A DNA stretch of 42,789 nucleotides from a virus (Duplodnaviria; Caudoviricetes): the IMG/VR virus record IMGVR_UViG_3300017650_000015, positions 1 through 42,789 of that record; one strand, given 5' to 3'. Below the pieces are notes generated by a model. The model was not told the DNA's origin. It saw nothing but the letters and a program-made list of their open reading frames with translations, and did no database searches. Of this stretch, positions 6,727 to 16,200 are shown piece after piece; position 1 is the stretch's first letter; the number at the start of each line of letters is the position of its first letter. A program made the translations under genes and the position numbers.

Positions 6727-6756
6727 GTTATAACCCTAGGGTGAATTGTAACGCAA
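6727..6756 (-). promoter_or_regulatory. Major early host sigma70 promoter with a palindromic operator-like site in the spacer
   Basis: TTGCGT-N18-TATAAC, upstream A/T tracts, ACCCTAGGGT palindrome between the hexamers. Confidence 0.8.
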
Positions 6757-6924
6757 GCGGAAAAATGCATCCCTGCATTCTTTTTTTCAAAGCCTAGGGT
6801 TTCTGCGGGTTTGCGACTGCCCGCTAGGGCGGCTCGGCTCACGAAAAGCCATAGGGACGCCGCAAGCGCCTCGCCCTGGCAGCACGCTTCCGCGCCTAGC
6901 CTGCCCGTCTCGCGCGCCCTGGCG

Positions 6925-7120
6925 GCGTCCCTAGCGTGGTCCTATCGTGGCACCTTGCCTCGCCCCTCGCGTGACCCGCTCGCCTCGCCCCTTGCGTGGT
7001 CCGCTTGTGGCGTCCCTCGTGGCGCCTCGCCTCGCCCCTCGCGTGGTCCGCTCGCCTCGCCCCTCGCGTGGTCCGCCTGTGGCGCCTTGCGTGGTCCGCC
7101 TGTGGCACCTTGCGTGGTGC
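6925..7120. repeat. Degenerate short-repeat array near the probable virion genome end
   Basis: GCGTGGTCCG-like cores at 6934, 6969, 6994, 7041, 7066, 7089 and 7112, with CCTCGCCCCT or GTGGCRCCTT linkers. Confidence 0.85.
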
Positions 7121-7625
7121 AAAAGGGACAGTGACAGGGGCGGACGCATGGACGTTACAACATAACACCAGCCGCCCTTCACCTCGCCTCATATCCCGCG
7201 CATTGGCCACCATTGGCGCCGCTAGTGGATGCGGCATCCATTCGGAAACGGCAGGATTGAGCCATTCCGAGGCCCTTGTGGCCACGTTCAGTGGCTCGCC
7301 ACTATAAGGAACGGGTACTCTAGTATGGCGCGGGGTGGCCGGCCGGTCGGCGGTGGGGGGTACCGGGGGGATCGCGCTTCGTCTCTTATCGAGGCCACCA
7401 CACGGATTTTTCCGGCAAAACAAAACGGCCCCTAGGCACCACCTCAGGAACCCGCTCAGGGGCTGCAGAGGAGGCCGTGGGGCCGATATAGGTGCTCGCA
7501 TAGGCTAACCCACCGGGAGCGATGGGCTGGCCTCTAAGGGCACTGGAGCTGGTTGGAGGGGCCTTGCCTTTTAGCGAGGGCTGGCGACAGCCAGGCCGAG
7601 ATAAAAGGCGGGCGCGGCGGGCGCG

Positions 7626-7739
7626 TCAGTCCGGCATATACGGGGCACCGGGGAACCCGCCAGACCACACCCCGACCACGATGACGATCAGAGCGACGAG
7701 GGCGAGGAGGGCATAGCCGATGAAGGAGTCCTTGGTCAT
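7626..7739 (-). CDS. Small membrane protein (37 aa, MTKDSFIGYALLALVALIVIVVGVWSGG...), at the T7 gene 19.5 position
   Basis: SD AGGA; one hydrophobic segment; downstream of a phage promoter. Confidence 0.6.
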   Translation of the reverse strand: MTKDSFIGYALLALVALIVIVVGVWSGGFPGAPYMPD

Positions 7740-7774
7740 GGTGTCCTACTTAAGTGGTTCGTATAGTTCTCACC

Positions 7775-7817
7775 GAGGGGGAATGGGGATGACAATCACC
7801 CCCATCCCCATCCCCTC
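7775..7817. repeat. Inverted repeat downstream of the post-terminase phage promoter
   Basis: ATGGGGATG/CATCCCCAT 9-bp stem plus an outer GAGGGG/CCCCTC. Confidence 0.6.
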
Positions 7818-7838
7818 CTCCACCTATACTCCACTCTC

Positions 7839-7855
7839 CTGGGGTGGGGGGTAAT
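7839..7855 (-). promoter_or_regulatory. Phage RNAP promoter (phiOR-like position); variant copy at 7864-7880
   Basis: ATTACCCCCCACCCCAG followed by GAGAG; recurrent intergenic 17-mer. Confidence 0.8.
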
Positions 7856-7890
7856 TGATGGTCTATCAGTGGGGGGTAATCCCCAACTGA

Positions 7891-9573
7891 TCACACCTCC
7901 ATCCAGAGGTCTCCCGCACCTTGCGGTCCCGTGAACTGCTCGCAGAAGCGACGGAGGTCTGCATCTCGCATGGCCTCATAGTGCTCCGCAGCGGCGCTCT
8001 GGGTGTCCTTCGCCATGTGCTCGGTCCAGTAGCCCACGGCCATGGCCAAGGCGTCCAGACGGTCGTCGTGGCGCAGCGCTCCGCGTTCCCGCGTGAGGCG
8101 GCTGAACTGGTAGAAGAGCTGGTAGTCGCGCTCGCTCTCGGCGTCCACCTTGATGACCGAAGCGTCCACCACGAGGCGGTGAGCTTGGATGACGGGCTCG
8201 AGAACGTCGGCGATGCGGCGCTCCTTCTGGCCCATGCTCTTCTCCTCCTCGACCGTGCAAGGGTAGACCTTGGCGAGGACCGGCTTGAGGAGCTGGGTGA
8301 ACATGCCGTCACCGAAGTTGGCCTCGACGCGGATATGGTTGGCGCCGTGGATCTTCGCGAGCATGGCGAGGCTCTTGAGGGTGCCCTCCGAGTAGCCCTC
8401 TCGGAAGCCGCCAGCGGCCACGAGGAAGAGGTTGCCGTGGAGGATCTTCACGATGGCATAGGCGGTCTCGTCCTTGCCGCGACCCGAGGGATCGATGGCC
8501 ATGACGCAGCCGGTGAAGGGCGCGAGGGCCTTCTCGCCGGTCGCCTGCCACAGCGGGCGGTAATAGCGGTCGCCCGCGAGGCCCACGTTCGGCAGCTCCT
8601 GGATGATCTTGTCGGGGTCGTTGCACCACGCGAGCTGGGTCGGGCCGAGGCGCCGGTCGAGCGACGTCACCATCAGGTCGGCGAGGCGCAGCGGGAAGCG
8701 GTCAGCGTCGGTGAGCGACGTGTCCAGCATGAACTGGAGCATGAAGCCGGCGCTGGCGTACTCGCTCTCCTTGTCCGCGAGGACCAGCTCGTTGAACCGA
8801 GGGGAGACCGGAGTGCCCGGCTTGGCGCCCCTCTCGATCATGTCGAGGATGAACGGGGCGAGCTGCCCTCGGTACTTCTCGACGTTCTCGGGGATGCGGG
8901 CCGGCCAGATGCGGACGGTATAGCCGCGCCCCGGCAGCTCGTTGTAGATCGACATCTCGGACTGTGGCGTGCCGAGGTAGGTGATATAGCCGCTCTCGGG
9001 CTTCACGACGGCCGAGAACTCCTTGATCAGTTCGAGGAGCTTCTCGCGGCTCTGGTGCGTGGCCGAGTTGTTGGTGGTCTCGATGTCGTCGGCGATGATC
9101 TCGTCGGCGCGGGAGCCGGTGATCTGGCCGGTGATGCCGACCGACTTCACGCTCGGGTCTTTCGAGGTCCGCGCGGGGCCGAAGTCGAACATGATCACGC
9201 TGTCCTTCTGGCCCTCTCGGGGGCGTAGATGCTGGAGCAGCGGCATCTCGTCGATGAGCTTCTTGACGAACATCGCGAGGCTGTCGGCAGCGGCCTTCGA
9301 GGCCGACACGACCATCATCTTCCAGTCGGGATTGGTGAGGCCCCGCCAGCAGACGAAGGCGCCATAGATCCACGACTTGCCGACCCCTCGGAAGGCCATG
9401 ATCATCTTCTTGACCGGGCCGTGCTGGAGGAAGTGGGCGATGTCGTACTGCTCGGGCGTCGGGTCCGGCAGGCCGAGGTGCTTCCACACGAGGTAGAGGA
9501 AGTTGCGGAAGTCGCTGAGGATGGGGTCTTTCGCCTCGCTGGTGAGCGCGGTCGAGGACAGGAGTTCGGTCAT
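7891..9573 (-). CDS. terL: Terminase large subunit (T7 gp19-like)
   Basis: AFRGVGKS Walker A, GQITGSRADEIIADD, IDPSGRGKDET, HDDRLDAL. Confidence 0.98.
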   Translation of the reverse strand: MTELLSSTALTSEAKDPILSDFRNFLYLVWKHLGLPDPTPEQYDIAHFLQHGPVKKMIMAFRGVGKSWIYGAFVCWRGLTNPDWKMMVVSASKAAADSLAMFVKKLIDEMPLLQHLRPREGQKDSVIMFDFGPARTSKDPSVKSVGITGQITGSRADEIIADDIETTNNSATHQSREKLLELIKEFSAVVKPESGYITYLGTPQSEMSIYNELPGRGYTVRIWPARIPENVEKYRGQLAPFILDMIERGAKPGTPVSPRFNELVLADKESEYASAGFMLQFMLDTSLTDADRFPLRLADLMVTSLDRRLGPTQLAWCNDPDKIIQELPNVGLAGDRYYRPLWQATGEKALAPFTGCVMAIDPSGRGKDETAYAIVKILHGNLFLVAAGGFREGYSEGTLKSLAMLAKIHGANHIRVEANFGDGMFTQLLKPVLAKVYPCTVEEEKSMGQKERRIADVLEPVIQAHRLVVDASVIKVDAESERDYQLFYQFSRLTRERGALRHDDRLDALAMAVGYWTEHMAKDTQSAAAEHYEAMRDADLRRFCEQFTGPQGAGDLWMEV

Positions 9574-9689
9574 GGGATTAGAACCCGCCTGTGGGTACGT
9601 CAGGGCACGCGCCAGCGGCCTCCGTGGCTCGACCCGCTAGGTGTGGTGCGGGGAACGACGGAGGCCGCTCTACGGGGCTCTCTGAGGGT

Positions 9690-9968
9690 TTACTGGGGGA
9701 GGCCGTATTCGTCCGTATTGGACGGGAATGGTAGGTTGGCCCGGTTGGCCAAGCCTTGCAGCTCGGGGCTGTTGCTGATGTCGGCGTCGATGCTGTTGTC
9801 CTTGAGGAACTGCCGGATGGCGTTCAGCGTGGACGCGCCGGGGGTGACCTTCACCGCCTCGCCAGTCTCCTTGTCGATGGCCGTCTCGCCGTTCTCCAAG
9901 ATGTCCTTGAAGGTGGTGGCGAGGGCCGCGTGAAGGGCTTCGAGGACGGCCTTGGGGGCCTTGCTCAT
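9690..9968 (-). CDS. terS: Terminase small subunit (T7 gp18-like)
   Basis: LNAIRQFLKDNSI motif; upstream of terL. Confidence 0.88.
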   Translation of the reverse strand: MSKAPKAVLEALHAALATTFKDILENGETAIDKETGEAVKVTPGASTLNAIRQFLKDNSIDADISNSPELQGLANRANLPFPSNTDEYGLPQ

Positions 9969-10207
9969 CGGAAGAGTATCTCCTTGATCTGTGCGGCGAA
10001 GACGCCTGCGAGTGCGGCGCCTGCGATCCAGATGAACTTGATCGTGCTGAAGGCAGCAGAGCCGCGCGTGCGGAGGAGTTCGAGGTTGTCGATGCGGCTT
10101 TCGAGGGCGCTGACACGCTCCTCGCTGCTCTGCTGCTTGGCGAGAAGGGCGTCTACCTTGCCCTCCACTCGGCCGAGCAGGAGGTAAATCTGCGGGGTGT
10201 CGTCCAT
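9965..10207 (-). CDS. Coiled-coil protein with a C-terminal TM helix, holin-like (gp17.5 position)
   Basis: SD AAGGA before MDDTPQ; heptad segment then FIWIAGAALAGVFAA. Confidence 0.65.
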   Translation of the reverse strand: MDDTPQIYLLLGRVEGKVDALLAKQQSSEERVSALESRIDNLELLRTRGSAAFSTIKFIWIAGAALAGVFAAQIKEILFR

Positions 10208-10270
10208 GATGGTCCTTGCGTCGAGCGCCCCGCCCACCAGTGAAGGCAGGCGGGGGCTCCAGACGGGCTG

Positions 10271-11209
10271 TTACGGGAAGGTTGCGGGGTTGATGATGGT
10301 GTCGCCGGCATACTTGCCGCTGGCGGCGAACGCCTTGTTGAACTCTTCGAGCCGCTGGTTGCGGTGGGCGAGGAACTCTTCGGCGAACGTGCCGCCTTCG
10401 CCGTCGTTGGCGAGGCGGTTGTAGTAGAGGTCATCGAGCTGGATGTTGTAGACGACGTAGCCGTGGTTCTTGTTGCGGTTGGCGCTGCTCACCCAGCCGT
10501 CGAAGTTGCCCACACCGAAAAGGGCCGCGAGCAGCCCGGTCGCCGCACCCGGCTTGGTGCCGGTCCAAGTGTTGAAGCCGATCATCGTCAGTGCCGGGAC
10601 ACCGAAGGCTCCCGCTCCAGGCGAGATATAGGAGCCAACAGAAGCTCCGACCATCGAGCCTTGACCGGCCGACTGGGCAAAGTAGCTGCGGTCAGTGACG
10701 CCGAGGGCGCTGCTCTCGATGTGCGAGTTGGACTGCGGGGCACCCGAGCCCTCCGAGCCGCTCCTGATCTTCGCCCACATGATCGAGATGGCGAAGCCGT
10801 GGCTCGACGGGGAGCCGTCACCCGGAAGCAGGTCGAAGATGGCCTGTCGCAGGGCGGTCGGATATCGGATGACAAAGTAGTTGCTATTCGACGTCTGGTT
10901 GACCTGCGAGGGCAGCAACTCCAGCCCACCCTTCGGTGTTCGCGCCACGCTGAACGCATTCTCGCCGTCGCGGGCGGCGCTAATCGCCGGCTTGAGGGAG
11001 TTGTCGTCGGCGATGCCGAGAAGGGCAGCGGCTTGGACGCTGGCCGCGTTCGGAAGATAGGCGCCGTTGTCCGGGACGCCAGTGAAATCGCCCGAGACCA
11101 GCGACGGGTCGACCCGCAGCAGGGTGCCGGGGTTGATGCCAGGGAAGCGCCCGACGATGGGCCGCTTCTTGTTGGTGATGACCGAGTTGAGAACCTGATA
11201 GGAAGCCAT
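10271..11209 (-). CDS. Tail-associated / second receptor-binding protein (312 aa), function unknown
   Basis: Directly follows the tail fibre; Gly/Ser/Asn-rich. Confidence 0.7.
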   Translation of the reverse strand: MASYQVLNSVITNKKRPIVGRFPGINPGTLLRVDPSLVSGDFTGVPDNGAYLPNAASVQAAALLGIADDNSLKPAISAARDGENAFSVARTPKGGLELLPSQVNQTSNSNYFVIRYPTALRQAIFDLLPGDGSPSSHGFAISIMWAKIRSGSEGSGAPQSNSHIESSALGVTDRSYFAQSAGQGSMVGASVGSYISPGAGAFGVPALTMIGFNTWTGTKPGAATGLLAALFGVGNFDGWVSSANRNKNHGYVVYNIQLDDLYYNRLANDGEGGTFAEEFLAHRNQRLEEFNKAFAASGKYAGDTIINPATFP

Positions 11210-11212
11210 GGC

Positions 11213-13165
11213 TTACCAGCCCCTTGCCTTGAAGTAGAAATAGACGGCCACGGCAACGGCCATGTTTCCCGCCTCGTTGAAGTGGAGGAAGTCGCTGTGG
11301 ACGAGCGAGCGCGGCAGCGTGTCGGCTGCGATGTCGCTGATGTCCTGCGAGGTCTTCGTGATGGTCGAGAGCCCGAACAGCGTGAAGCCGATGTTCGCCA
11401 GATCGATGCCCCGGTCGATCAGGATGCGGCGGATGTCGATGAAGCGGTCACCGCAAACCCACGCGAGTTCCCTGTTGAGGGCCGTGACAGCCGTGTGGCC
11501 CGCCGACCCTGAGGTCTCGCTAACCGCCGTGCAGACGCCGAGGACCGGCACCCGCTTCTCCTTCGAGGAGAACGCCGAGATCATCGCGAGGATGTCGTCG
11601 CGGACCCTGTCGAGCGCGTAGAGGTTGTTGCGTCCGGCCTGGAGGAGGCCGGTGAAGCCCTTGAAGGTGTCTAGATCGTTCGGGATGAACGGGGTGCCTG
11701 CGGGGCACGGAACAGCCGCTCCAGCGGTCGCCCGCTCGAAGCGATAGGCGCCGCTGCCGTGGGTTCCGCTGCCGCCCTGAAGGCCCCGCAGCGTGCCGCT
11801 GACGCCCGCCAGAGTGCCCGTGAACGAGAGCACCGCCGACGTGCCACCATAGTAGCCGATGTCGATGCTGCAGGTGGTGACCGCCACGTTGCCCGAAGCG
11901 GGGATGGTGTCGCCCGTCACGGTGATCTTCGTCGGTGTCCCGCCCTGCCGCGCAGCGATCTCGCTGGAGGTCTGCGAGCCGCGCCCCCGGTTGAACGTGG
12001 TGGTGCCGAGAAGGGTCGCCAAGCGCGTCAGCCAGGGCGTATAGCCGGACACGCCCTCGGCCATACTGTCGCCCCAGAGAACGATGGAGCTGCTCGGGAA
12101 CAGGTCGGCCGGCGTGAGCCGGTCCATGATAGCCTGCGGCAGCGTGCTGTCGGCCGAGAGGTCGAGCGACGTGGTGCCATCGGGCAGGAAGCGGAGCCAT
12201 GGCCGCAGGTTGGCGTCCACGAAGCCGCCAGTGGCGTCATCGTCCGGCCCTGTATCGAGGCTCTCGGTGCCCTCTGGGAGCAGCCGGGCCTGCACGTTGT
12301 CGTCGAGTGCGGCGAGCGGAACCTCAGCTTCATCGTCGAGGAATAGGACGCTGGTGCCGGTGCCTCTGCGAACGCCGAAGGCAAGGCGCCCCTCGGGATC
12401 AATGATGCCCGCATCGAACTCGCTGTCAGGCCCGAGGTCGGTCATCTTGAGGTCTCCGAAGCGGCTACCCATGGGACTGTCCACGATGAACTGCTGAGTA
12501 GACGACGAGAGCCGCTTGTAGAGCTTGAAGGCGATGAGCACGCCGTCACCGACGACCTTGAAGTAGGCGTTGTCGGCGACCGCAGCACGCCCTGCGGCGA
12601 TGTCGGGATAGACGGTGGTGCCAACCAGCGCAGCGTCACGCGCGGCCTCGGCGGTGGTCTTGGCGGCGACCGCAGCGCTGGCGCCCGAGGTTGCCTCGGT
12701 GGCCTTGTTCGTTGCCGTCAGGGACGCTGCAACCGCCACTACGGAAGCCTCAACGGCCACGGTGCCGTCGATCTGGTCGATCCTGGTGTCCAGCCGCCCA
12801 GCTTCGGCGTTCAGTCGGTCGCTGGTTGCGTTCGCGTCGAACTGGGCGTCGAAGGCGTCGTCCTTGCCCTCTTCGGCGAGGTAGACGGACTGCAGAGCGG
12901 CGAGGTCGAGGTTCGTCTTGGTGAGCGTCGAGCCGTCCTGGAACGTCGCCAGCAGCGTGCCCGAGGGCGTCTTGCGGTAGACGTGAACGTTGGCGTTGAG
13001 GGCCGGCGCAGGGGCGACTTCGATCATGCCGGCGTTGAGCCAGGTGAAGGTCTTCGCCACTCCATCGACCGTCACGAAGACGTGGCTCCGCGACAGGTAG
13101 GGGAACGGGACCGCAAAGGCGGTGACAGAGCCAGTCCCCGTGTGGTCCTTGTAAGATAAGGCCAT
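11213..13165 (-). CDS. Tail fibre/spike: T7 gp17-like N-terminal anchor plus C-terminal SGNH/GDSL esterase
   Basis: FAVPFPYLSRSHVFVTVDG and VYRKTP anchor; WGDS, GRNN and DFLHFN catalytic blocks. Confidence 0.92.
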   Translation of the reverse strand: MALSYKDHTGTGSVTAFAVPFPYLSRSHVFVTVDGVAKTFTWLNAGMIEVAPAPALNANVHVYRKTPSGTLLATFQDGSTLTKTNLDLAALQSVYLAEEGKDDAFDAQFDANATSDRLNAEAGRLDTRIDQIDGTVAVEASVVAVAASLTATNKATEATSGASAAVAAKTTAEAARDAALVGTTVYPDIAAGRAAVADNAYFKVVGDGVLIAFKLYKRLSSSTQQFIVDSPMGSRFGDLKMTDLGPDSEFDAGIIDPEGRLAFGVRRGTGTSVLFLDDEAEVPLAALDDNVQARLLPEGTESLDTGPDDDATGGFVDANLRPWLRFLPDGTTSLDLSADSTLPQAIMDRLTPADLFPSSSIVLWGDSMAEGVSGYTPWLTRLATLLGTTTFNRGRGSQTSSEIAARQGGTPTKITVTGDTIPASGNVAVTTCSIDIGYYGGTSAVLSFTGTLAGVSGTLRGLQGGSGTHGSGAYRFERATAGAAVPCPAGTPFIPNDLDTFKGFTGLLQAGRNNLYALDRVRDDILAMISAFSSKEKRVPVLGVCTAVSETSGSAGHTAVTALNRELAWVCGDRFIDIRRILIDRGIDLANIGFTLFGLSTITKTSQDISDIAADTLPRSLVHSDFLHFNEAGNMAVAVAVYFYFKARGW

Positions 13166-13180
13166 GCCTTACTCCAATAG

Positions 13181-13212
13181 AAAAAGGCCCCGGAGAGGTT
13201 TTCTCCGAGGCC
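13181..13212 (-). terminator. Hairpin plus U tract between the gp16-like gene and the tail fibre
   Basis: GGCCTCGGAGA-AAACC-TCTCCGGGGCC-TTTTT. Confidence 0.75.
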
Positions 13213-13235
13213 CTAAAGGTTTCGATGGGATGGGT

Positions 13236-16200
13236 TTACTGAGCGGGTGAGCGCTCGGGATTGCCGCTGATCAGTGCGTTCATCAGTGGAACCACCGGCA
13301 GCATGTTCGAGAACGGCAAGATCCTCACGAGCGACCTTGCCTCACCCTGCGACCAGCCACCCTCACGGGCAGCGCGGCCGAGGCCGTTGGTGGCCTTGAG
13401 CGTGGTGCGGAAGAGGTCGAACGAGGGGTTGTCGAGGAAGCTCGACGCGGTGCCAGAGGAGCGCGTGTTGAAGATCGGGTCGAAGCCCGTGACCTCCAGC
13501 CCGGTGTCGAACACGGTGGGCATCAGCGCCGACCAACTGCCGCGTTGGATGGCGGCGGCGGTGAGCTTGCCGAAGGACAGCCTCTCGGCCAGATAGTCCT
13601 CGCGGTCGCTGCGCCCGACCGAGTTCAGTTGGGTCTGGGCGGCGTAGACCATGGTGCCCGTCAGGCTCGTCATCATCCACGTCGCGAACCCCGAGAAGTC
13701 CCTGATGTGCAGGTTTCGGAGGAGCTGGGTGGTGTGAGCGCCGAGCATGAAGGACCGGAACTGGAAGATCGTCCGGCCCGTCCAGTGCCCGAGGAAGCGG
13801 TTCGACTGGCCTTGGAAGTTCTCCTGAATGGCGAGCCGGGACCACCGCCACACCGCCGTGCGGAAGTGAGCGAAGGCCTCCTTGTCGTCCCACTTGTCGA
13901 AGTTGCCCACGGCGTAGGCGCGCTTCTCGGAGCCCTCGACGGCCTCCTTGGTGGAGTGCTTCCTGATCTGCTTGAACACCCGCTCGGCCATGGCGTCGTC
14001 GAGCCCGAGGGCGCGCATCCGGTCCATGTTCAGGGGGTTCTTGAGCCCCTTGCCGGTGTCGAGCGCGGCGTTGACGATCTTCATCACGGCTGCACCAGAG
14101 GCCCAGCGGCGCGAGAAGGTGTCCACCACGCTCATGCCCGAGGCGATGTTCGTCACCCGCTTGGCGGTGTGCGCGATGTCCTCGACCTTGTTGAAGGCCC
14201 TGCCCTGCGTCGAGCGGTTGATGGGCACGCCGGCCCCGTCCTCGAAGTGGCGGAAGCCATCCTTGAAGAAGTCGGTGCCGAAGCCCGAGAGCTGCTCGAC
14301 CTCGCGAGCGAAGGCCTCGTCCAGCTCGCCTGTCCGCGCGTTGCGGATCATGGCGCGGAACGCCGGGATGCCCTGCATCGCCGCCTTGAGGCCGAACTGC
14401 GTGGTCACGCCCATCATCTCGCCGACCTGGGCGAGGCCGACTTGGTTCATGACGCGGACGAAGTTGTAGTCCCTGACGGCGCGCAGGAAGCGGCCCGTCT
14501 TGGTGCTGTCGAACTTGTCCGGGATGCCGATGATGCGGTCATACATGAACTGCATCCGCGCCTCGTCGCGCGCCGCCGAAGCCTTGCGCTTGTCGTGCGG
14601 GAGGTCAGTCCGTGCATCCCATGCGGCCTTCATGTCCCGCACGAGCTTGTCGAAGTCGCCCTTTCCGGTGACCCCGTCGATCAGCCATTCGGGCACCGTG
14701 GGATTGTCCACGGCATGCCAGAGCGGGTTCTTCACTCGCACCATCGACATCGCGATGTTGCCCGACATGGTCCGCGAGTAGGACTTGAAGTTCTCCAGAT
14801 AGTTGTCGCGGAAGAGGTCGGCCATGCGGAACTCCTCGATCTCGCCGGACTGCGTCCTGAGCTTGACCTTGAAGTTGTTGTCGTATGGCGCCCGGCGCTT
14901 GGCGTGCGCGGTGGTGGCGCCCTCAGTGGGTTTGGGCCGCACGAGGCCGGCGACGTGGTCGATCTCAGCCTTGCTGAGGTTGAGGTCTTGGAGGGCCTCC
15001 ACCAGCTTGTCGAGGTCGTCGCCGTGCAGCGCCCGGTCGAGGTTCGACATGCCCGCCGAGGTCTCCCTCAGGGTCCGCCAGTAGCCCTTCGCCATCTTCT
15101 CGGCCAGCTCGTCGGTGATCTCCGGGAGCTTCGCCTTGAAGGCCGTGGCGATGGCCGAGCGCATGGTGTCGTCGCCATACTTCATCGAGTGGGCGTCGAT
15201 CTTCTCGTGGTCGGGAATGTTCGGCCGGTAGTTCTCCTTGTCCACGTTCTCGAAGCCCTTCACGGCACGCCGCGTGGACCCGTCGAGGAGGCCGGGGTTC
15301 TGGGCATAGTCCAGATAGTCGGCATAGAGCTTGCGCTGGAGGGCGCCCGCCTTGGCCACCGCCGGGTCGAACTCGAGTTCGGGTCTGGCGTTGTCGAGCC
15401 ATGCCGTCACCTGCCGCGAGAAGTCCGCGTCGAGGGCCTCGCCTTTCAGCTCGGTGTTGCGCGTCGCGTAGTCTGCGAGCGCCTCGCGGTGCATCTTGTA
15501 CGCGGCCATGGAGAAGTCGCTATCGAGCTGCTTCATCCACTCCTCGGCCGTGATGCCGACCACCTTGGAGCGGTCTGCGTTGCCCACGACGTCCACCACA
15601 GTGCCGGCCGTGAAGGCCCGCGTGGCGGCGTTGTCGGAGGCCTTGCCGCGCCCCGCGTCATCCCATCGGATCTTGGCGAAGGCCGAGCGGTCTATGGCGT
15701 CGTCAACGGCGCTGTGCATCCAGTCTTCGGCGCCGGCCGTCAGGGTCTCGCGAGGGGACGCCTGCGCTGCACCAACCGACTTGCCGCCGTTCAGGATCGT
15801 CGAGCCCTTCAGCTCATCCTCGGCGGTCTTCGTCAGAGACTTGCCGATCTGCGTGATCTGGCGAGCCTCATCGGCTACAGCGGGGTTCCTCGCGATGGCC
15901 CCGAAGGCGCCACCGAGGGCCAGTCCGGTGCCCGCCGCCCACAACAGGTCGGACCCTTGGGCGGTCGGCTTGTTCTGGACGCGGGGGACTTCGAGCGCGG
16001 TGTTGATGGCCGCGCCCTCCGCAGCCGCGATGCCGACACGAGCGAACATGCCCGCCTTCGCCGGTAAGCCCAGCTCGGGGGCGAGGATCGTCAGCGCGAG
16101 GCCGGGGGCGTCCAGCACCGCGCCGCCGAGGCGGAAGGCAGTGCCGGTCCAGCCCATGTCGGCGAACCGCTTCTCGCGCTCCATGTCGTCGAGGAGGCGC

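Noticed and set aside
6925-7120. Repeat array as a CRISPR or mini-array
   Set aside because: Units are degenerate and nearly abutting, linkers are themselves repeated, there are no unique spacers and no cas genes
6633-7716. Arg/Ala/Pro-rich ORFs across the repeat region (e.g. 6896-7501, 6811-7134)
   Set aside because: Low-complexity translations of GC-rich repeats without SD or recognisable motifs
7757-7769. Second LexA box (GTTC-GTATA-GTTC)
   Set aside because: Spacer is 5 nt rather than 7
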